A stretch of 58,832 nt of DNA from positions 1-58,832 of the forward strand of contig JBFIFO010000002.1 of NCBI GenBank assembly GCA_041602815.1. Reading direction: 5' to 3'. The notes beneath the pieces were generated by a model, which searched no databases, had not been told where the DNA came from, and was given only the letters and a program-made list of their open reading frames with translations. Numbering within the stretch: position 1 is the stretch's first letter; each line of letters opens with the position of its first letter. Below, in pieces: positions 33,981-43,603 of the stretch. This DNA comes from Alphaproteobacteria bacterium (lineage in GTDB: Bacteria; Pseudomonadota; Alphaproteobacteria; UBA8366; JADFVY01). Position numbers and translations under genes: made by a program.

Positions 33981-35141
33981 TCAACACAGCCGCGTCACCG
34001 TGGCGTCCGCCACCGAATAATGCTGCGCCCGGCCATCGAGCGCCGCGAACAACGCGGCGTCGGTGCCGCTCATCCAGGTCTGGCCAGCCAGGCCGCAGAT
34101 CTCATCGAAGAGCGCTGCGCGACGCGCCTCGTCGAGATGGGCCGCGACCTCGTCCAGCAGCAGCAGCGGCGCGACCGCACGCTCGGCAGCCTGCAGGCGC
34201 GCCTCGGCCAGTACGATAGCGATCAGCATGGCTTTCTGCTCGCCGGTGGAACAGCTTGCGGCGGGTATGTCCTTCGCCAGGTGCAGCGCCTCGAGATCGC
34301 TGCGGTGCGGTCCCGTCGCAGTGGTGCCGCTCTGTGCATCGATGGTGCGGCTTGCCCGCAATCCTTCCCTCAGCCAGTCCTCCGCAGCGAGCGCGGGCAC
34401 CGTGCCGAGCCAGTCCTCCACCGTCCCGGTCACGGCCAGCGCCACACCCGGGAACGGGCCGCGCGATTCCGCCACGATCCGGTCCAGCCGCCGTACCATT
34501 TCGAGCCGTGCCGCAGCGATCGCGACGCCGCGCGTCGCCATCGTGTCCTCCAGCGCCGACAGCCATGCCGTGTCCATCGTCCCGTCTCGCAGCAGTCGGC
34601 CGCGCTCGCGCATTGCCTGCTCGTAAGACGCGACGCGCCCTGCGTGGGCCGGGTCGAAGCCGTACACGAGACGGTCGAGGAACCGCCGGCGGGCGTAGGA
34701 CCCCTCGCGGAACAGCCGGTCCATCTCCGGTGTGAGCCACAGCGCGCTGACGACATCTGCGAGCGCCGTCTGGCCGCGCGCCGGCTTGCCATCGATGTGG
34801 ACCACGCGCCGTTCGCCGCCCGGTTCGCGCCCCGTGCCGATCTCGACCCTGCCATTCGGTGTTTCCACGATCGCCGCGACGCCCCAGCCGCCACCGCCGC
34901 CGCGCCGGTCGATGTCCGGGAGCCTGGCTCGCCGCAGTCCGCGCCCCGGCGCAAGCAGCGACACCGCTTCGAGGAGGTTGGTCTTGCCGGCGCCGTTCGG
35001 TCCTGTCAGCACCACCGGCCGCTGATCCAGCTCCAGACGCCCGTTTTCGTAACAACGAAATCGGGTTATAGCCAAGCGGGCCACGGACAGGGCGCCGCCG
35101 GTCCGGCTCATCTCGACGGTTGCCAGTGCGGTCACACTCAA
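33981..35141 (-). CDS. recF: DNA replication and repair protein RecF
   Basis: Walker A (LTGPNGAGKTNLLEA) and an SMC-like signature (STGEQKAMLIAIVLAEA). TTG start overlaps the dnaN stop (TTGA); an alternative ATG is at 35111. Confidence 0.9.
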   Translation of the reverse strand: MSVTALATVEMSRTGGALSVARLAITRFRCYENGRLELDQRPVVLTGPNGAGKTNLLEAVSLLAPGRGLRRARLPDIDRRGGGGGWGVAAIVETPNGRVEIGTGREPGGERRVVHIDGKPARGQTALADVVSALWLTPEMDRLFREGSYARRRFLDRLVYGFDPAHAGRVASYEQAMRERGRLLRDGTMDTAWLSALEDTMATRGVAIAAARLEMVRRLDRIVAESRGPFPGVALAVTGTVEDWLGTVPALAAEDWLREGLRASRTIDAQSGTTATGPHRSDLEALHLAKDIPAASCSTGEQKAMLIAIVLAEARLQAAERAVAPLLLLDEVAAHLDEARRAALFDEICGLAGQTWMSGTDAALFAALDGRAQHYSVADATVTRLC

Positions 35142-36256
35142 ACGCGCATCGGCATCAGTACATACAGCGCACTGTCATCGCCGGCGTCGCGTACGATCGT
35201 CGGCGAGTTCGAATCCGCCATGATGAACTGCGCCTTGTCGCCTTCGATCTGCTGGGTAATGTCCAACAGATAACGGGAGTTGAATCCGATATTGATCGCA
35301 TCGCCCTCGTAATCCGCCTCAAGCTCCTCCTCGGCAGAGCCTGCATCGGGGCTGTTGGCCGAGAGCGCGAGGCTGTGGCCCTCGACCGCGAGCTTGATGG
35401 CGCGCGATTTCTCCGTCGCGATGGTCGCCACGAGGTCGACCGCATCGGCAAAATCCTTGCGGGTGACGACCATGAGCTTGTCGTTGCTGACGGGAATCAC
35501 GCGCTCATAATCCGGGAAGGTGCCGTCGATCAGCTTGGACGTCAGCACCGCATCGTCGAAAGCGAACCTGATCTTGGTGTCGGACAAGGCCACATCGACG
35601 TCGCCACCGGTCTCGTCGATCAGCTTGCGCAACTCGTTGACCGTCTTGCGCGGGATGATGACACCCGGCATGCCCGCCCCGCCCTCCGGCAACGGCATCT
35701 CGACCCGTGCCAGCCGGTGGCCGTCGGTCGCCACGGCGCGCAGCCTGTCGCCGGCGTCGGTCGACACGGCATGCATGTAGATGCCGTTGAGGTAATAGCG
35801 CGTCTCCTCCGTCGAGATGGCAAAGCGGGTGCGGTCGATCAGGGTCCGGAAATCGCCCGCCGCCGCGGTGAACCGGTTCGGCAGATCGCCATCCGACAAT
35901 GCCGGGAATTCCGACGTGTCCAGCGTCCCCAGCTTGAACCTTGCGCGGCCCGACGAAAGGTTGAGCTGCGCGGCCTCGGCATCCTTCTCCAGGGCGACCT
36001 GCGCGCCATCCGGCAGTTTTCGCACGATGTCGTAGAGCGTGTGCGCTGGCGCCGTGGTCGACCCGGCGGTGGTGATCTCCGCCGGGGTGCTTTCGACGAT
36101 GCTGATGTCCATATCGGTCGCCGTCAGGCGCAATACATCGTCGCGCGCCTCGAGCATGACATTGGACAGTATCGGTATGGTGTTGCGCCGTTCGACGATG
36201 CTCTGCACGTGGCCGAGTGCCCGGAGCAGCGTGGCGCGTTCGATCGTAAGTTTCAT
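35138..36256 (-). CDS. dnaN: DNA polymerase III beta sliding clamp
   Basis: MKLTIERATLLRALGHVQSIVERRNTIPILSNV and the C-terminal YVLMPMRV. Confidence 0.95.
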   Translation of the reverse strand: MKLTIERATLLRALGHVQSIVERRNTIPILSNVMLEARDDVLRLTATDMDISIVESTPAEITTAGSTTAPAHTLYDIVRKLPDGAQVALEKDAEAAQLNLSSGRARFKLGTLDTSEFPALSDGDLPNRFTAAAGDFRTLIDRTRFAISTEETRYYLNGIYMHAVSTDAGDRLRAVATDGHRLARVEMPLPEGGAGMPGVIIPRKTVNELRKLIDETGGDVDVALSDTKIRFAFDDAVLTSKLIDGTFPDYERVIPVSNDKLMVVTRKDFADAVDLVATIATEKSRAIKLAVEGHSLALSANSPDAGSAEEELEADYEGDAINIGFNSRYLLDITQQIEGDKAQFIMADSNSPTIVRDAGDDSALYVLMPMRV

Positions 36257-36553
36257 CGTACCTGTTGCGTGCAGCGGGGCTGGAATCCGCCCGGTTCCGT
36301 ATGTTTATCCGAAATGTTCTCCGCTGGTCCGCGCCACCCAGAGGGGCGGCCCGCCTGCCGCCGAACCGCGGGGACTCGCTGTCCCCTTGCGAACGGATAC
36401 GGAATATAGCAAAGGGGCGCGGAATCCGCACTATCTTTGGTGATCAAGCGCCGGGCTTCCGCGGTCCTTCGTTCGACCCGAAACGGCCACGGCTCAGCTC
36501 CAATGACGCCTTGCAGAAACGTGCCGTATGTTCCGTATCCGGCGTGGCCCGGG

Positions 36554-37909
36554 TCAGCTTTCCAGCATGCGCCGAAGGAGTTCGACATCTTCGGCGAATG
36601 TGGCGTCGGTGGTACGCAGTTCCTCGACCTTGCGGACGGCATGCATGACTGTCGTGTGATCGCGGCCGCCGAATTTCCGCCCGATTTCGGGCAGCGAGCG
36701 TGAAGTGAGCTGCTTGGCGAGGTACATCGCCACCTGGCGGGGCCGGGCCACCGCCCGCGAACGCCGCGCCGAAGACATCTCGGCGAGCTTGATGTTGAAA
36801 TGTTCGGCCACCCGCTTCTGGATTTCCTCGATGGTGATGCGGCGGTCGCTGGCGCGCAACAGGTCGTGCAGGATTTCCTGTGTACTCTCCAGCGTCACCG
36901 GGCGCCCGACGAGGCTGGCGCAAGCCACGATCCGGTTCAGGGCACCTTCCAGTTCGCGCACGTTGGATGTGATCTTGTGCGCCAGATACTCGAAGACCTT
37001 CTGCGGGATCTCCACGCTCAGACCCTCCGCCTTCGACTGCAGGATGCCGACGCGGAGCTCGTAGGTGGTCGGATGCAGATCGGCAACCAGCCCCCAGCCG
37101 AGGCGCGAGCGCATCCGTTCCTCGATTCCCTCCAGGTCGTTCGGCGACTTGTCCGCCGAGATGACGATCTGCCGGTTCCGGTCGACGAGGGCGTTGAAGG
37201 TGTGGAAGAACTCTTCCTGGGTGCTGTCCTTGCCGCTGATGAACTGGAAGTCGTCGATCATCAGGATGTCGACGGACCGGAACTGCTCCTTGAACGCCAC
37301 CGTATCCTTGTAGCGCAGCGCCCGGATGAACTGATACATGAACTTCTCGGCCGACAGGTAAATGATCCGGCGCTCCGGGTTCTGTCGGCTGATCTGCCAT
37401 GCGATGGCGTGCATCAGGTGGGTCTTGCCGAGTCCCACGCCGCCATACAGAAACAGCGGGTTGAAGGTCACCGAGGACGACTCGGCGATACGGCGCGCGG
37501 CGGCGAAGGCCAGTTCGTTGGGCTTGCCGGTCACGAAATTTTCGAAAGTGAAGCGCGGGTCGAGGGCGGCGCCAAATCCCTCGATGTTGCCCGCGACCGC
37601 AGGTGCCTCACGGCCCGGTGGCGCCAGCTGTTTCGGCGCATGGCCGGACGGCGCGGTAATGATCTCGACACCGCGGATATCCGTGTTTTCGTCAGTCCAG
37701 AGGTCGAGCAGGCGGCTGCCGTATTGCGATCTGACCCATTCCCGCATGAAGTCGGTGGGGACGCCGATCCGGACACGTCCGCCTGCCACCTCGTGCAGCG
37801 TCAGCGGTTTCAACCAGCTCCGGTACGCCGCCTCTCCGAATTCGGCCCTCAGCCGTCCCCTAACCCGAACCCATTGTGCCGCTACGTCTTCGTCCAAAAA
37901 GGTGTTCAT
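36554..37909 (-). CDS. dnaA: chromosomal replication initiator protein DnaA
   Basis: AAA+ domain (LFLYGGVGLGKTHLMHA) and the DNA-binding signature (SLPEIGRKFGGRDHTTVMHA). Start chosen at ATG 37909 (MNTFLDEDVAAQWVRVR); ORF upstream to 38032 is unsupported. Confidence 0.93.
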   Translation of the reverse strand: MNTFLDEDVAAQWVRVRGRLRAEFGEAAYRSWLKPLTLHEVAGGRVRIGVPTDFMREWVRSQYGSRLLDLWTDENTDIRGVEIITAPSGHAPKQLAPPGREAPAVAGNIEGFGAALDPRFTFENFVTGKPNELAFAAARRIAESSSVTFNPLFLYGGVGLGKTHLMHAIAWQISRQNPERRIIYLSAEKFMYQFIRALRYKDTVAFKEQFRSVDILMIDDFQFISGKDSTQEEFFHTFNALVDRNRQIVISADKSPNDLEGIEERMRSRLGWGLVADLHPTTYELRVGILQSKAEGLSVEIPQKVFEYLAHKITSNVRELEGALNRIVACASLVGRPVTLESTQEILHDLLRASDRRITIEEIQKRVAEHFNIKLAEMSSARRSRAVARPRQVAMYLAKQLTSRSLPEIGRKFGGRDHTTVMHAVRKVEELRTTDATFAEDVELLRRMLES

Positions 37910-38451
37910 CAAAAAGACCCGATCGAATAGCCCGTTCACCTGAACCCTAGCCATCTTGGTTCGCGGCCCGATCCACCCCGGCACCGCACAATGCCATCTG
38001 CGTTCTGCCCGACCCGTCCTTGCGCCGGCCACCCATACACGGGCGCCGCGACCGCGAGGGTCATTCCTTTCTCATCCGCGCCATTCTTTCTTCATCTGCG
38101 TTGTTGTCCTTGTGCAAACCCTGCATCTTGACGCACTACTCCTTTCCAGCGCGCCTCAAAATAACACACTGCAAAACGCAAATAGAAACAAAGAAAACTG
38201 CAGCCCACGTTGCCGCGATTTCTGAAACTTACGACATCACGTCAACGCATTTTCCCTTTTTTCATTTAGTTTGTATTGTGAAAACGGCGCGGGGCAACTG
38301 GCACGCCCGTACAATCGCCTCCCACAGGCTCCCAATGTATCGGTGCTGCGGAGGCGATGCAATGAGACCGAAAGGCGAACACCGCAAAAAAAGAGATTGA
38401 CACCGAACAGCGGTTTGAAATTTCAGAGGAAAGACAAACCGGAATTCCGGG

Positions 38452-38489
38452 AAAAAAACCGCGCCGCAACTCCGATCGATCGCGGCGCG
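38452..38489 (-). terminator. Rho-independent terminator of rpsT
   Basis: On the minus strand, an 8-bp GC stem (CGCGCCGC ... GCGGCGCG, 14-nt loop) is immediately followed by G-T7. Confidence 0.72.
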
Positions 38490-38520
38490 ATATTGTGTCG
38501 CAGAGAACTGTGCCGGTGCG

Positions 38521-38784
38521 CTATCCGAGCGATTTCACTCGCGCCGACATACGTGAGATCTTCCGTGCCGCCGTGTTGCGGTGGATGACACCGCGGTTGA
38601 CGCCGCGTTGCAGTTCCGGCATTGCGGCACGCAACGCCGCCTGGGCCGCATCCTTGTCGCCGCTTGCGGCAGCGAGTTCGAATTTCTTGACGAAAGTCCG
38701 AATTCGGCTGACCCGGTTGCGGTTGGTCTCGGTCCGCCGGACGGTCTGACGAATTCGTTTCTTGGCCGATTTGTGATGAGCCAT
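38521..38784 (-). CDS. rpsT: 30S ribosomal protein S20
   Basis: [37 protein letters not shown] at 38784 within ORF 38521..38856. Confidence 0.93.
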   Translation of the reverse strand: MAHHKSAKKRIRQTVRRTETNRNRVSRIRTFVKKFELAAASGDKDAAQAALRAAMPELQRGVNRGVIHRNTAARKISRMSARVKSLG

Positions 38785-38827
38785 GTATCCGTTCCAAAAT
38801 CTGCAATCAATCGCGTCAAGGCGGCGG

Positions 38828-38856
38828 TTTATATAAGGTCGGACGAACCCCGTCAA
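38828..38856 (-). promoter_or_regulatory. sigma70-type promoter for rpsT
   Basis: Minus strand TTGACG (38856..38851), a 17-nt spacer, then TATAAA (38833..38828). Lies about 45 nt upstream of the rpsT ATG. Confidence 0.55.
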
Positions 38857-38885
38857 GCCTCCTCCGGTGCCGGCGGCGCCGTGGA

Positions 38886-39662
38886 CTAGCGGTTCCGGAA
38901 GCTCGGCTTGCGCTTCTCCGCAAATGCTGCCATGCCTTCCTTCTGGTCTTCGGTCGCGAAGGTCGAGTGGAACAGCCGACGCTCGAACCGGACCCCCTCG
39001 GCAAGCGAGGTCTCGTACGCCCGATTGACGGCTTCCTTCGCCAGCATCGCCGCGGGACGCGACATCGCGGCGATCTTTGCGCCCGTTCGCACGGCGTCCT
39101 CTATCAGCTTGGCCGCCGGGACGACGCGGCTGACGAGGCCGGAACGCTCCGCCTCATCCGCGTTCATCATGCGGCCGGTCAGGACCATCTCCATCGCCTT
39201 CGACTTGCCGACGAAACGGGTTAGACGCTGCGTGCCGCCGGACCCGGGAATCGTGCCGATCGTGATCTCCGGCTGCCCGAACTGCGCGTTATCCGCGGCG
39301 ATGATGAAATCGCACATCATCGCCATCTCGCAGCCGCCGCCCAGGGCATACCCCGCGACCGCAGCGATGGTCGGTTTTCGACAGGCGGTCACCCGCTCCC
39401 AGCCTTTGGTGATAAAGTCGGACAGATACATGTCCATATAGCTCTTGGCCTGCATCTCCTTGATGTCGGCGCCAGCCGCGAAGGCCTTCTCGGAGCCGGT
39501 CAGCACGATACAACCGATGCCGTCGTCCGCCTCCATGTCGTCCAGTGCCTGGCCAAGCTCGTCGATCAGACCGGCGCACAGCGCGTTGAGCGCCGCCGGC
39601 CGGTTCAGGGTAATCAGGCCCACCGCCTCACGTTTTTCGACGAGGATGAATTCATATGACAT
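38886..39662 (-). CDS. enoyl-CoA hydratase (crotonase family)
   Basis: 258 aa. [14 protein letters not shown] ... [15 protein letters not shown] ... [15 protein letters not shown]. Confidence 0.9.
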   Translation of the reverse strand: MSYEFILVEKREAVGLITLNRPAALNALCAGLIDELGQALDDMEADDGIGCIVLTGSEKAFAAGADIKEMQAKSYMDMYLSDFITKGWERVTACRKPTIAAVAGYALGGGCEMAMMCDFIIAADNAQFGQPEITIGTIPGSGGTQRLTRFVGKSKAMEMVLTGRMMNADEAERSGLVSRVVPAAKLIEDAVRTGAKIAAMSRPAAMLAKEAVNRAYETSLAEGVRFERRLFHSTFATEDQKEGMAAFAEKRKPSFRNR

Positions 39663-39734
39663 CGTTGAAGCTTCCTTGCATGAGGGTCTGCCGACCCGGA
39701 CTACGTACGCGATGCGCGGCGTCGGCGGGCGTGT

Positions 39735-40097
39735 TCAGTTGACGGCCGGGGCCACGGTGAAGCGGACGGTCAGCGCACCGTCGGTGCCGAAGAAATCGAT
39801 GCTAAGAGATTCGTCCTCGCGCAGAAACGCATCGCCGGCGCCGGCCTGCCAGCCCAGCTGCGGCAGCGTGCGACGGTAGAAATCCCGCACCGCCCGCCGG
39901 CTGGTGGCGCCGATGGCGTAGGCCTCGACGATGCGTCCCGAAGGCGTGTCGAATTCGATTCCGGCGTCCGCAACCGGCTCCAGGCCCGGCATCACCGGCA
40001 CATCTTCCAACAGCTCGAAGAAGTCGGCGGCGCCGGCCGGCGGGGTTCCGCCGGTCAGCGCCAGCAGTACGATGACGATGCCGGCAATCCGCAACAT
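39735..40097 (-). CDS. hypothetical exported protein
   Basis: 120-aa ORF with a signal peptide (MLRIAGIVIVLLALTGGTPPAGA). I recognise no motif. Host-like codon usage. Confidence 0.5.
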   Translation of the reverse strand: MLRIAGIVIVLLALTGGTPPAGAADFFELLEDVPVMPGLEPVADAGIEFDTPSGRIVEAYAIGATSRRAVRDFYRRTLPQLGWQAGAGDAFLREDESLSIDFFGTDGALTVRFTVAPAVN

Positions 40098-40133
40098 GGC
40101 CGTTGCTATAGCATCAACGCTGCGACCGGCAAA

Positions 40134-40964
40134 TCATCTTTGGTGCGCCGCGCAGAAGAAAGTCGAGCGGCCGGACTGGGTGACGCGACGGATCGTCCCC
40201 CGGCAGCCCGGCTGCAGGCAGGCCTCGCCTTCGCGGTCGTAGGCCTGCCAGCAGTGCTGGAAGTAGCCGAGTTCGCCGCTGGCCTGGACGTAGTCGCGCA
40301 GGCTGGAACCGCCGGCGGTGATCGCAGCGGAGAGAACTGCCCGGATTGCCGTCACGAGGCGCTCGGCCCGGATCCCAGCTACCGTATGTGCGCTTCGGCG
40401 CGGCGATATCCCGGCGCGGAACAGCGCCTCGCAGACATAGATGTTGCCGAGCCCGGCGACGGTCCTCTGATCGAGGAGCGCCGCCTTGATCGGCGTACGC
40501 CGGCCGGCGAGCGTCGCTGCCAGCGCCGCGGCGGAGAATGCGTTTCCCAGCGGTTCCGGGCCGAGGCTGGCCAGCATCGGATGGCTTTCCGGATCGCCCG
40601 ACGGTGCGAAATCCACCATCCCGAACCGTCGCGCGTCGTTGAAGCGCACGGTCACGCCGTCGTCGGTCACGAGGTCGAGATGGTCGTGGCGGCCCGGCGG
40701 CGCGACGTCCTCGCGATGGATCGTCAGCCGCCCCGACATCCCGAGGTGTAGGAGCAGAACCTCGGTATCGTCGAGTTCGACGAGCAGGAACTTGCCGCGA
40801 CGGCCAATATGGATGACCCGGCGGCCACGCAGCCGCGCCGGCAGGCGTGGCGGCAGCGGGAATCGAAGGTTCGGCCGACGCTGGACGACGTCGGCCAGCA
40901 CACGCCCTTCGAGGACCGGCTGCAATCCGCGGCGGACGGTTTCGACTTCGGGGAGTTCGGGCAT
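40134..40964 (-). CDS. mutM: formamidopyrimidine-DNA glycosylase
   Basis: N-terminal [14 protein letters not shown], an H2TH region, and a C-terminal zinc finger ([27 protein letters not shown]). Confidence 0.92.
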   Translation of the reverse strand: MPELPEVETVRRGLQPVLEGRVLADVVQRRPNLRFPLPPRLPARLRGRRVIHIGRRGKFLLVELDDTEVLLLHLGMSGRLTIHREDVAPPGRHDHLDLVTDDGVTVRFNDARRFGMVDFAPSGDPESHPMLASLGPEPLGNAFSAAALAATLAGRRTPIKAALLDQRTVAGLGNIYVCEALFRAGISPRRSAHTVAGIRAERLVTAIRAVLSAAITAGGSSLRDYVQASGELGYFQHCWQAYDREGEACLQPGCRGTIRRVTQSGRSTFFCAAHQR

Positions 40965-41080
40965 CGGCGGAACCATTGCGCAAATCGAATATTGGTCGGC
41001 GCCTGCGACGGCTGAAACCGATTCGACGCAGGCGGAAAATGCTTTAGCAAACGCGGCACGCCTGCGCTATCGTCGCGGCC

Positions 41081-41842
41081 ATGCCCAAATCCAGACGCAA
41101 ACACGGCGAAGACGTTGCAGACTTCGGTTTTCGCGAAGTGCCTGCCCATGAAAAGGCGCGCCTGGTTCGCGGCGTTTTCGACAGCGTCGCCACCCGTTAC
41201 GACGTGATGAACGACCTGATGTCATTCGGCATCCACCGGCTGTGGAAGGCGGCGTTCATGGACCTGCTGCGGCCGCGCCGCGATATGCACCTGCTCGATG
41301 TCGCCGGAGGTACCGGCGATATCGCATTTCGCTTTCTCGAGCGCGGCGGCGGGCAGGTGACCGTGTGCGATCTGACAGAGGAAATGGTAATCGTCGGGCG
41401 CGACCGCGCCATCGACCGCGGCATTGTCGACGGGATCGCCTGGGTCGTCGGCGACGCCGAGGCACTCCCCGTCGCCGACGCCAGCGTCGACGCCTACAGC
41501 ATCGCGTTCGGCCTGCGCAACGTAACCCGGATCGACAAGGCACTGCTGGAGGCGCGGCGCGTCCTGAAGCCAGGTGGCCGGTTTCTGTGTCTGGAGTTCA
41601 GCCGGCTTGCCTGGCCGTGGCTGGAGCCGCTTTACGATCGTTATTCCTTCTCGGTATTGCCGGCGCTTGGCGAGTGGGTGGTCGGCGACCGCGAGTCATA
41701 TGAATATCTGGCCGAGAGCATCCGGCGATTCCCGGCTCAGGAGGAACTTCTCGAGCGAATCAGCGCCGCGGGCCTCGAGCGGGTGACTTACCGCAATCTG
41801 TCCGGCGGCATCGCTGCTATCCATTCGGCCTGGCGGATCTGA
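41081..41842 (+). CDS. ubiE: ubiquinone/menaquinone biosynthesis C-methyltransferase
   Basis: [25 protein letters not shown] and the SAM motif [12 protein letters not shown]. Confidence 0.92.
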   Translation: MPKSRRKHGEDVADFGFREVPAHEKARLVRGVFDSVATRYDVMNDLMSFGIHRLWKAAFMDLLRPRRDMHLLDVAGGTGDIAFRFLERGGGQVTVCDLTEEMVIVGRDRAIDRGIVDGIAWVVGDAEALPVADASVDAYSIAFGLRNVTRIDKALLEARRVLKPGGRFLCLEFSRLAWPWLEPLYDRYSFSVLPALGEWVVGDRESYEYLAESIRRFPAQEELLERISAAGLERVTYRNLSGGIAAIHSAWRI

Positions 41843-41847
41843 CCCTT

Positions 41848-43389
41848 ATGCTGACGGCGGTCGCCAATCTGTTCCGGCTGCTCCTGATCGCCCGCACGCT
41901 GGCACAGCACGACGCGCTGTTTCCGCTCGAGCAGCTTGGCGTTGCACCGGGCATCATGGCCCTGGTGCGACTGATCTCGCGCCGCAGGGTGCCGGGTCGC
42001 CCGGGGGAGCGGCTGGCTGCCGCATGCAATGCGCTCGGACCCACGTTCATCAAGCTCGGCCAGGCGCTCTCGGTGCGCTCGGACCTGGTCGGCGAAGAGG
42101 TCGCCGCGGATCTTTCGGCATTGCAGGATCAGCTGCCGCCGTTTCCATCTGACCAGGCCACGGCGATCCTCGAGGAGGAGTTCGGCGCGCCGCTCGCGCA
42201 GCTGTTCGATCATTTCGAGTCCGAATCGATCGCGGCGGCGTCGATCGCCCAGGTGCATTTCGCGACCACCACCGACGGCCGCGAGGTTGCCGTCAAGGTG
42301 CTGCGCCCCGGCGTCACCGCGCAACTGGCGAAGGATATCGATCTGATGCTTTGGGTCGCGCGCCTCGTCGAACGCGCGCATCCCCCGTTCCGACGTCTCA
42401 AACCGGTGGAGGTCGTGCGCACCTTCCAGGAGACCGTGCGCCTGGAAATGGACCTGCGCCTTGAAGCAGCTGCTGCGGCCGAACTTGCGGCGAACTTCGA
42501 GGGCGATCCGGATTTGCGTGTCCCGGCGGTCGATTGGGAGCGCACCAGCCGGCGTGTCCTGACGACCGAGCGCGTGACCGGAATCCGCATCGACGAGGTC
42601 GACGAACTCGTCGCGGCCGGACTCGATCCCCGCGACATCATCGAGCGGTCGGCCCGGGTCTTTTTTTACCAGGTATTCCGCGACGGGTTCTTTCATGCCG
42701 ACATGCATCCCGGAAACATGTTCGTCGGTGAGGATGGCAGACTCATGCCGGTCGATTTCGGCATCATGGGCCGGCTCGACCGCAGGACGCGGAATTATCT
42801 CGCGGACATGCTGCTGGCCTTCCTGCAGCGCGACTACCGCCGCGTCGCGGACGTGCACTTCCAGGCCGGCTACGTGCCCGGCCACAAGAACCGCGAGGCG
42901 TTCATGCAAGCCGCCCGGTCGATCGGCGAGCCGCTGTTCGGCAAGCCGCTCGATCAGATTTCCCTCGCTCGGCTGCTGGCACACCTGTTCCAGGTTACCG
43001 AGCAGTTCGAGATGGAAACGCAGCCACAGTTGCTGCTGCTGCAAAAGACCATGCTGGTTGCCGAGGGCGTCAGCCGCAAGCTCGATTCCAGCGTCAACAT
43101 GTGGGTGCTGTCCGAGCCCCTGATCGAGGAATGGATGCGCGCGAATCGTGGTCCCGAGGCGCGAATCCGGGACGCAACCGAGACCGCCTTGCTGCAGTTC
43201 GAACGGCTGCCGGCGATGCTTGACCGACTGGATCACGCGAGCCGGATGATCGATGAGGGTGGCATCCGCCTGCATCCCGATACCGTTGAAGCCCTGCGTG
43301 CACGCGAGCGCGGTCCGTGGCCGATCATCGTTGCCGCCATCGCGACAGCAGCGATCACGGCCATGGCGGTGCTCGCTGTGGTCGGCTGA
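41848..43389 (+). CDS. ubiB: UbiB (ABC1 atypical kinase-like ubiquinone biosynthesis protein)
   Basis: LGPTFIKLGQALSVRSDL, AAASIAQVH, FFHADMHPGNMFV and a C-terminal TM helix. Lies 5 nt after ubiE. Confidence 0.9.
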   Translation: MLTAVANLFRLLLIARTLAQHDALFPLEQLGVAPGIMALVRLISRRRVPGRPGERLAAACNALGPTFIKLGQALSVRSDLVGEEVAADLSALQDQLPPFPSDQATAILEEEFGAPLAQLFDHFESESIAAASIAQVHFATTTDGREVAVKVLRPGVTAQLAKDIDLMLWVARLVERAHPPFRRLKPVEVVRTFQETVRLEMDLRLEAAAAAELAANFEGDPDLRVPAVDWERTSRRVLTTERVTGIRIDEVDELVAAGLDPRDIIERSARVFFYQVFRDGFFHADMHPGNMFVGEDGRLMPVDFGIMGRLDRRTRNYLADMLLAFLQRDYRRVADVHFQAGYVPGHKNREAFMQAARSIGEPLFGKPLDQISLARLLAHLFQVTEQFEMETQPQLLLLQKTMLVAEGVSRKLDSSVNMWVLSEPLIEEWMRANRGPEARIRDATETALLQFERLPAMLDRLDHASRMIDEGGIRLHPDTVEALRARERGPWPIIVAAIATAAITAMAVLAVVG

Positions 43390-43603
43390 CGGCCAATCAG
43401 CGGGCTGACACGGTCCCCGGCCGGGGATCGATACGCAGGCGTAAGGAATTTAACTCAAAATTAAGTCAAATGCGATTTTCCCGGTCGCCCGCATGCCAGG
43501 GTTGCCGCGACGGCGAAGGTCGGTTATTTAATTATCACAGTTCCATGTTGTAGTTTTCGCCGGTCGGCCGGGCGCATCGAGAGATTTCGGGAGCACTCCA
43601 CCA

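Noticed and set aside
40965-41080. The mutM/ubiE strand-switch point as a replication origin
   Set aside because: The spacer is only about 116 nt and GC-rich, with no AT-rich unwinding element and no DnaA-box cluster. Divergent mutM-ubiE is a common conserved arrangement.
41788-43275. 495-aa minus-strand ORF antisense to ubiB, and similar long shadow ORFs at 23319..25142, 35120..36409, 36800..37930, 45989..47083, 1487..2332 and 2329..3042
   Set aside because: Each lies opposite to, or out of frame with, a gene that has clear family motifs. None shows a motif of its own, and their compositions are typical of off-frame high-GC translation.
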